32,000 bases of DNA from assembly GCA_000025185.1 (NCBI GenBank), contig CP001848.1:5490001-5522000 (forward strand), in the 5' to 3' direction. This stretch comes from Pirellula staleyi DSM 6068. GTDB taxonomy: Bacteria; Planctomycetota; Planctomycetia; Pirellulales; Pirellulaceae. Positions 26,017 through 32,000 of this stretch are shown here, one piece after another. The position numbers and the translations under genes are program-made. The notes under the pieces are model-generated. The model searched no databases and had not been told where the DNA came from. It worked only from the letters and a program-made list of their open reading frames with translations. How positions within the stretch are numbered: position 1 is the first letter of the stretch; every line of letters begins with the position of its first letter.

Positions 26017-27030
26017 ATGTCGACTGCTAGTAGCAACACAGCGCCGGGGCTCGATTTCGAACAGCCTCTTTTGGAACTCGAGGCCCGTCGTCGCGCGCTC
26101 GAGCAACTCACTACGCGCACGCCGGAAGAAGAGGAAGAACTCCGTCAAGTCCGCCGAGCCTGGGCCGATACTACCGCGAAGGTGTATGCCGAGCTCACTC
26201 CTTGGCAGGTGGTGCAAGTGGCGCGGCACAAGGACCGCCCTTATACGGCCGACTACGTTTCGCTCGTCTTTGAAGACTTTGTCGAACTGCACGGCGACCG
26301 ACGTTTCGGCGACGATCGAGCGATCCTCACCGGATTTGCTCGTCTCGATCAGTACAAAGTGCTGGTGGTCGGCCATCAAAAGGGACGCACTTACAAGGAC
26401 CGCACCGCCTGCTATTTCGGCTGTGCCCATCCCGAGGGCTATCGCAAAGCGATCCTCAAAATGAAGATGGCCGAGAAGTACGGCATCCCGGTCATTTGCC
26501 TCATCGATACGCCTGGTGCCTATCCCGGTATCGGCGCTGAAGAACGTGGCCAGTCGCAGGCCATTGCCGAAAACATGTACGAGATGTCACGACTCAAAAC
26601 ACCGATCATTTGCGTCGTCATCGGCGAAGGTGGCAGCGGTGGTGCACTCGGCATCGGTGTGGGCGATCGCGTTGCGATGCTGCAATACTCGTACTACTCG
26701 GTCATCAGCCCTGAAGGATGTGCTGGCATTCTGTGGAAGAGCCATCAGTATGCCGAACTTGCCGCTCAAGCGCTCAAGTTCACGTCGAACCATCTGTCGC
26801 GACTCGGCGTGGTCGATCAAGTGATCGAAGAACCGCTAGGTGGCGCTCATCGCGATCATCATCAAACCGCATCGCGGCTGAAGCAGTACCTGCTCCGTTC
26901 GCTCCGTGAACTCACCATGCAGACTCCCGATCAGCTGGTCGATAGTCGCTACGAAAAGTTTCGTCGCATCGGTGTCTTTTTGGAAGAGGCTCCTCAGCTC
27001 GCTTCGGCCAATGGAGTGCCGCAGGAATAG
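26017..27030 (+). CDS. accA: acetyl-CoA carboxylase carboxyltransferase subunit alpha
   Basis: LDFEQPLLELE...; DTPGAYPGIGAEERGQSQAIAENM.EMSRL..P..CVVIGEGGSGGALGIGVGD.V.MLQYS.YSVISPEGCA.ILWK. ATG 26017 has GGGAG 8 nt upstream. Confidence 0.97.
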   Translation: MSTASSNTAPGLDFEQPLLELEARRRALEQLTTRTPEEEEELRQVRRAWADTTAKVYAELTPWQVVQVARHKDRPYTADYVSLVFEDFVELHGDRRFGDDRAILTGFARLDQYKVLVVGHQKGRTYKDRTACYFGCAHPEGYRKAILKMKMAEKYGIPVICLIDTPGAYPGIGAEERGQSQAIAENMYEMSRLKTPIICVVIGEGGSGGALGIGVGDRVAMLQYSYYSVISPEGCAGILWKSHQYAELAAQALKFTSNHLSRLGVVDQVIEEPLGGAHRDHHQTASRLKQYLLRSLRELTMQTPDQLVDSRYEKFRRIGVFLEEAPQLASANGVPQE

Positions 27031-27060
27031 CAGGCAGTAAAGAGCGGACAGTAAAAGAGG

Positions 27061-27083
27061 CGCGCACGAAACTCTTTCGTGCG
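27061..27083. terminator. hairpin between convergent accA and the GspE-like gene
   Basis: CGCACGAAA (27062-27070), loop CTC, and TTTCGTGCG (27074-27082). On the reverse strand a T-run (CGCCTCTTTT) follows. No T-run follows on the forward strand. Confidence 0.5.
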
Positions 27084-27117
27084 TAAAATCGCATGTCTCA
27101 GTAGCCGTTCGACTTGG

Positions 27118-28401
27118 CTATGCCACCCCTTCTCCTGCGGGCAAGATGCGCTGCATCTCTTCGAATGTCGTGAGCCCCTGCGCAATCTTCAGCAGCGCAG
27201 CGCGGCGAAAGTCGACCATCCCCTCCTCGAGTGCCTTCTGATGTAGCTCGCGCGCGGGGCGTGTCGCCAAAACCATCCCCCGCAGCGCCGGACTCAACGC
27301 CAGGATCTCGAACACCCCTGTTCGGCCGTCGTAGCCTCCATCGGGCCCCTCGCCAGCGGCGAAGGGAGTCACAGCTTCGGGCGATTCGAGCCACGGACGA
27401 ACCTCATCGAAGACGCTCGGCTGTGGTGCGACTTCTAGCGGCCGTCGACTCTTCGTCGATAAGGTGCGCATCAGCCGCTGCCCAATCACCGCGAGCATCG
27501 AGGTGCACAGGAAATAGGGGGATACTCCCAAACTGAGCAAGCTTTGCACGGCGCCCGCTGCAGTAGCGCTATGCAGCGTCGCAAACATCAACTGACCACT
27601 ATTCGCCGCGCGCACTGCAGTATCCGCCGTCATCTGGTCGCGCACTTCACCGATCATGATGACGTCGGGCCCTTGCCGCATCACTCCTCGAAGCATCTCG
27701 GCAAAATCAGCGCCACCACTCGTAGAAGTGGCCTCAACTTGCGTTTGATGGAGCCCTGGTACCGAGTATTCAATAGGGTCTTCGATCGTATGAATCTTGC
27801 GATGGCCATTATTCAAATGATGCAGGCAGGCATATAAGGTGGTCGTCTTTCCGCACCCTGTCGAACCGGTAATTAAAAAGAGACCGCTGTTGGCATGGAG
27901 CATACTTTTTAAGGTCGCGAGCTGAGGTCCTACAAACCCCAGCGAGTCGATCTGTCGCAAGTGCGAGTCGCGATCGAGGAGTCGCATTGCCAGGCTTTCG
28001 CCATACAAGGTCGGAATCGTGTTAAGTCGCAGATCTAAATGGCTTCCATCCCCAAGACGCACGACCCAGCGCCCATCTTGGGGATGACGTTTCTCGCCAA
28101 ACTTGAGTCGCGCCATGGCTCGGATGTGGGCGATGCAGCGCAGCCCCAGATCGACAGGAAAGACAGCCATCCGCTCGACGATTCCCAGATGCCGCACACT
28201 AGCGGTGACATCGTGCTCGTTACACGAGAGAAACAGATCGCTCACGCGCAGCTGAGCAGCGTGATTCACCAGCATCGTGACGACTTGTTCGGGCGCGAGC
28301 CCCTTCTCTTCCCAGGGAATGGTGAGTTCGACAGCGTGGTGAAACACCTTCGCGGGCGAGGCACGGTGATTCGCAGAAGGTGCGTCGGCGAACGTCGTCA
28401 T
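27118..28401 (-). CDS. GspE/PilB-family type II/IV secretion ATPase (short form, no N1 domain, no Zn-Cys motif)
   Basis: Walker A GSTGCGKTTTLYA, Asp box KIHTIEDPIEY, Walker B PDVIMIGEVRD, His box LMFATLHS. The N2-like region is RVSDLFL...VRHLGIVERM...KFGEKRHPQDGRW...LDLRLNTIPTLYGESLAMRLLDR. Confidence 0.9.
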   Translation of the reverse strand: MTTFADAPSANHRASPAKVFHHAVELTIPWEEKGLAPEQVVTMLVNHAAQLRVSDLFLSCNEHDVTASVRHLGIVERMAVFPVDLGLRCIAHIRAMARLKFGEKRHPQDGRWVVRLGDGSHLDLRLNTIPTLYGESLAMRLLDRDSHLRQIDSLGFVGPQLATLKSMLHANSGLFLITGSTGCGKTTTLYACLHHLNNGHRKIHTIEDPIEYSVPGLHQTQVEATSTSGGADFAEMLRGVMRQGPDVIMIGEVRDQMTADTAVRAANSGQLMFATLHSATAAGAVQSLLSLGVSPYFLCTSMLAVIGQRLMRTLSTKSRRPLEVAPQPSVFDEVRPWLESPEAVTPFAAGEGPDGGYDGRTGVFEILALSPALRGMVLATRPARELHQKALEEGMVDFRRAALLKIAQGLTTFEEMQRILPAGEGVA

Positions 28402-29804
28402 GACATGGTTCCCAGGTGGTTATCCAAAGCCGAAAAATCAGAGTTAAAGATCCAGAGTTGTCGTTCGTAGTGGACTGACTCGGCGAGCTACGGAGCAGGC
28501 TCGACGAGCCAGCGTGCCGAGCCACTTGCGGTGCGTCCCCCTGCTGCTCAGCACTAGCGGCGGCGATGTTCGGCGCGCAGCATCGAAGCACTCGCGGCCA
28601 GCGCGTTTAGTCGCGGCGAAAGGTTCGATGGCGGTAGCGGCAATCACTCGGCGCTCCCTGGTGACTCGATGCGAATGCTTCACAAATAGAAAAGGAGGTT
28701 CAGCGCCACGAGGCTGATGAGCCTGCGGACATGAGAACCGAATTGGTGCAGCGAGGCGTTAGGAACTTGTGAACCTTGCATGAAATTGCGACGGCCCCCA
28801 GGACTGAAGCTGCGTCTTCTGAAGGGGACCGAGGGATGCCAGAGCAGGGGAGCGCGCGCGAAACTCGGCTGTCCGAAAACACTGCTCGCGATAACTACTC
28901 AGCGACACCTGTCCAAGCAACTTGACCATCAGATGGCGATGCCGACTGGCGAGATAGCACCATCCGATCCCGGGTCGATTTTGAGCGAACTTGGCAGGGG
29001 GGCGCAGCAAAAACTGACGAGCCTTGGCAGCCGATTTGGAGAGCGTTTTTTATCGCCGCTGGGAGCGATCCGAAGAGAGTCGCGAAACGACGCCGAAGCG
29101 CAGCGCAATCAGTCGCCTGGCGCGACAGCCGCCGTGCTGCTCGAGCGACCACATCGCACAGCTGACCGATGCCTGCATCCACGAAGCCAGCAGCCCCGAA
29201 ACAACGCGCCCAAAACTCTCACCAAGCCCATCAGCAGCCGAGAGGAGAGCCCCCCCGGAAACCTGCCAGTAACGTCCGATAATGTTTCTTATGTCCGGTT
29301 TTGGCCTCAAAAAGCCCTAGGAATACGCAGAATCCGGATCTTGGGCAAAAACAGGCTTCCCTCCCCGGCTCAGCGAGCCAGCAGCGTTTCCATCGATAGT
29401 TCGGCAAGTGACGCAGCAGCGAAGTAAGCAGCGCGAAACTTGGCGCACCGGTGGTCTGCTGCGCCTCAGCCGATCGATTCACCACGGCGGCAGCGCGAGA
29501 CAAAACTGCGGCGCATGTGGCGCGAAAATCGGCGAAAGAAAACTGCTCGCCGGGCGCGAAAAAGTGAGTCTTGCGCGGTCCGAAAATCGGGGCCGAGCCC
29601 CCTGCTCCCATCATCGCTTCAGGTGGTGCCTCCGGACGGATGCTTGGCCGGTACTCGAGGTCTCGAATCACGCCTCACACCACGCGGCTGTCACCACCTT
29701 CTGGCGTGGCCTCTGAAACCGGCAACAGCCCCCTGCCTTGTCATGCAGCTGTGCTACCCGAGACCGCGATGCTGAAAGATTGCCACGACCGATGGATCAC
29801 AAAC
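28402..29804. other. 1.4 kb GC-rich segment without a credible ORF or codon periodicity (decayed gene or non-coding locus)
   Basis: Hand count of GC by position mod 3 over 28441-29760 gives about 61/59/62 %. By comparison, cvpA (30061-30120) gives 20/75/80 % and gatA (18601-18660) gives 75/75/45 %. Every ORF here is <=215 aa with Arg/Ser/Pro- or Cys/Trp-rich translations. Confidence 0.5.
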
Positions 29805-30539
29805 CTAGCGCCGATCTTCAGGAGGTGGCGCGAAGGGCTGCGGGAACCGGTCGGCTGTCTGAGGGTCGTTGCTCGCTGGTGGCGTCCCAAACCCTGGAAT
29901 CTTGGGAAACGGAATCGTCGGCTGGCCGGTCGGTTCGTCGTTTCCAAAACTGGGGAGCTTAAAACCTTCCGCGGGTACCGCCCGAATCGGCGTTTTGCCG
30001 TCGAGCGTAAAGTAGCCGCCAGCTGGCTTGTTCACACCACGCTCAAAATTGTCGATATACGGCTCGACCACCTGATGAAACTCGTTGGGCAACAGCGCAT
30101 CGGCTTTGTCCAGCAGCATGGCGATATAGTAGCCCGACTTCGAACTGAAGATCGCCTTTTGCTGTCCTTCGGGAAGGAGCGTGACGGCGAACAGCGTGAT
30201 GAAGACGCACAGGAGCACACCTTTCGCAAAACCGAAGACAGCTCCGACGTGACGATCGAACTCCTTCAGCTTAACCCGTTCCATCGCCTCGCTCACCAGG
30301 TTGAAACCGACCCAGACGACGAGGGAGGTTCCGAGAAACAGAATGAGCATCGAGAGAAAGATGTTCCAGGGTGGCGAGGCCTTGATCATGGCCGCCAGCG
30401 GCGAACGGAAGTTGAGCGCAACGAAGTACGAGAGCACCATCGACGCCAGCGACGCCAGTTGCCATGCGAGCCCCTTCCAGAAGCCCCACACTACTGCTGC
30501 CGCGAGCACCACGATCATGAAAACGTCGTACGCCTGCAT
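29805..30539 (-). CDS. cvpA: CvpA-family membrane protein with Pro-rich C-terminal tail
   Basis: MQAYDVFMIVVLAAAVVWGFWKGLAWQLASLASMVLSYFVA...FDRHVGAVFGFAKGVLLCVFITLF. Four TM helices. ATG 30539 has GGAG 11 nt upstream (the track starts at GTG 30554). Confidence 0.9.
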   Translation of the reverse strand: MQAYDVFMIVVLAAAVVWGFWKGLAWQLASLASMVLSYFVALNFRSPLAAMIKASPPWNIFLSMLILFLGTSLVVWVGFNLVSEAMERVKLKEFDRHVGAVFGFAKGVLLCVFITLFAVTLLPEGQQKAIFSSKSGYYIAMLLDKADALLPNEFHQVVEPYIDNFERGVNKPAGGYFTLDGKTPIRAVPAEGFKLPSFGNDEPTGQPTIPFPKIPGFGTPPASNDPQTADRFPQPFAPPPEDRR

Positions 30540-30862
30540 CCTTGCCCACTCCACGCAAAAAAGTCCGGTCCTTGAGGCGCGAACATAGCAGCCAACCTCA
30601 GCTGCGTGAAGATCAATCAGCGTAGTTCATGTGGCAGTTCGCACGCTGTCGCGATTTGCCTGCGGCGGGTGCTATCTCTGACGGAGCTAGCGGCACAAAG
30701 AGCTAGCAGATAGCTGCGGGGAGATTGCTCTTGGAAGAAAGGCAGGGGGTCGATAGAGTCTCGCACCCTTGGTGAGGAACCAGGAGTCGTGCGCGCTGCG
30801 GCACCATGGACGGTGTGTCAGCGAGCAGGGTCCGGATCACGCGATTGGAAGGAACCAGGCAA

Positions 30863-31615
30863 ATGGCAGGATTTCGCGAGCACATTGGTTTCAGCACGGT
30901 GATTGGCATTGGCTACGGCCTGGCCGGTTATCAAATGGGCCTTCCGATCGAGAGCTGCATCCTGGCTGGCGCGCTGTGCAGTGTTTCGGGCATGCTCCCT
31001 GATCTCGACAGCGATTCGGGAACTCCAGTGCGCGAGATGACTTCGTTTGCAGCCGCCGTTGTACCGATCTTAATGGTACCACGCTTTGAGAGTTATGGCT
31101 GGAAGCCTGAAATGATTGCGCTCGGCGCGGCACTCTTATATGCCGCGATACGTTTTGGTGTGGCCGAGATCTTTAAACGTTATACCGTGCACCGCGGAAT
31201 GTGGCATAGCGTTCCCGCTTGCGTCGCCTGTGGATTGCTCTCCTTTCTTATTATTGGTGGCGAAGACCTTAATTTAAGACTCTTTAAGTCGAGCGCTGTC
31301 ATGCTTGGCTTTATGTCCCATTTGTTGCTCGACGAAATTTGGAGCGTTAGCCTTCGGAGTGGTCGTCTTAATATCAAAAAGTCTTCTGGAACTGCTATTA
31401 AGTTTTGGGGCAAAGATAATTGGGCCAACTTCTCTACCTATGCCAAAGTGGTCGTCTTAAGCTTTTTAGCCGTGGGTGATCCGATGCTGATGAATCACTT
31501 TGGTTATGAGACTCGCTTTGGCGAGCAAACAGCCAAGCAAGTGATTCATCGCGCGATGCGGATGGCGGGTGTGAATGATGCCACCGAGAACCCACCTGGC
31601 GAAGTCCAGCGTTAA
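30863..31615 (+). CDS. membrane-bound metal-dependent hydrolase, YdjM/DUF457-like
   Basis: MAGFREHIGFSTVIG...MLPDLDSDSG.P...; HRGMWHS; GFMSHLLLDEIWSV. ATG 30863 has GGAAGGA about 9 nt upstream (track start is 30806). Confidence 0.85.
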   Translation: MAGFREHIGFSTVIGIGYGLAGYQMGLPIESCILAGALCSVSGMLPDLDSDSGTPVREMTSFAAAVVPILMVPRFESYGWKPEMIALGAALLYAAIRFGVAEIFKRYTVHRGMWHSVPACVACGLLSFLIIGGEDLNLRLFKSSAVMLGFMSHLLLDEIWSVSLRSGRLNIKKSSGTAIKFWGKDNWANFSTYAKVVVLSFLAVGDPMLMNHFGYETRFGEQTAKQVIHRAMRMAGVNDATENPPGEVQR

Positions 31616-31636
31616 CGCTCGCCGCGTCACTTGGCC

Positions 31637-32000
31637 TTAAACAAACAGATCGTGTCGCGTGTCGACCACGATCGTGACAGGGCCGCTATTGACGAGGTGC
31701 ACCTGCATGTCAGCGCGAAACTTTCCACGCGCCACCGGGATACCTCGCGCGGCAATTTCGCCAACGAACTTCTCGTAGAGCCCTTCGGCCAGTTCGGGAG
31801 GTGCTGCTTTCACGTAGCTCGGGCGCCGACCTTTCGCGCAGTCGGCCAAGAGAGTGAACTGACTCACCACCAGCACACTTCCGCCGGCATCGATCACCGA
31901 GAGGTTCATCTTCCCCTCGGCATCGTCGAAGATCCGCAGCAACACGCACTTATCGGCGAGTTGCTTCACGTCGGCCTCGGTGTCTCCCGTTTCAACTCCC
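31637..32000 (-). CDS. dtd: D-aminoacyl-tRNA deacylase (5' end beyond the right edge of the window)
   Basis: ...RIFDDAEGKMNLSVIDAGGSVLVVSQFTLLADCAKGRRPSY...GKFRADMQVHLVNSGPVTIVVD. The frame stays open upstream of the track start, to 32000 (..GVETGDTEADVKQL..), so about 40 N-terminal residues are missing. Confidence 0.9.
   Translation of the reverse strand, partial: GVETGDTEADVKQLADKCVLLRIFDDAEGKMNLSVIDAGGSVLVVSQFTLLADCAKGRRPSYVKAAPPELAEGLYEKFVGEIAARGIPVARGKFRADMQVHLVNSGPVTIVVDTRHDLFV

Noticed and set aside
28780-29427. 215 aa forward ORF inside the 1.4 kb stretch
   Set aside because: About 14 % Arg, Ser/Pro-rich, many CGA codons. Codon-position GC is flat (58/58/60 % over the first 50 codons after ATG 28933, by hand). 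There is no RBS.
29231-29671. 146 aa reverse ORF inside the 1.4 kb stretch
   Set aside because: The first half looks vaguely protein-like but the second half is Cys/Trp/Arg-rich. Periodicity is weak. The two CCGATTTTCG repeats fall in different phases within it, so the repeats are not coding repeats. It remains only a possibility within the finding.
1-32000. Mobile elements, CRISPR arrays, prophage or defence islands
   Set aside because: I saw no transposase, integrase or Cas-like ORFs, no arrays of regularly spaced repeats, and no terminal inverted repeats flanking a block. The content is dominated by conserved housekeeping genes.

Overview
This 32 kb window is GC-rich (about 58-60 %) and gene-dense. 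By inference it is a Planctomycetota (Pirellulales-like) chromosome: it has a Cys-type sulfatase next to an FGE-like gene, a large prepilin-type protein, and long GC-rich spacers. Most of it is housekeeping: queC-queD, floA, mnmA, a class II dnaJ, rnpA-yidD, rpmB, gatCAB, asd, truA, accA, cvpA and dtd. These sit among envelope-associated, secreted and hypothetical genes, a GT4 glycosyltransferase, a Ser/Thr kinase and an orphan GspE/PilB-like ATPase. I found no rRNA, tRNA, CRISPR array, transposase, integrase or recognisable defence gene. I also see no clear novel multi-gene system. The items most worth a second look are: (1) a 1.4 kb GC-rich stretch (28402-29804) with no codon periodicity and no credible ORF; (2) a dispersed motif family (GAGCAGGG, and the composite GAGCAG-N6-13-CCGAkTTTCG) found almost only in non-coding DNA, with three same-strand copies inside that stretch; (3) an FGE-like::SMP-30 fusion gene directly upstream of a sulfatase; (4) a membrane-anchored HTH protein with a roughly 300 aa acidic low-complexity region, inside a four-gene envelope cluster; (5) a possible RBS-sequestering pseudoknot upstream of queC. 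Starts were re-picked by hand where the track ORF is over-extended, because the track uses the longest ATG/GTG/TTG ORF. All counts are hand counts from the sequence.
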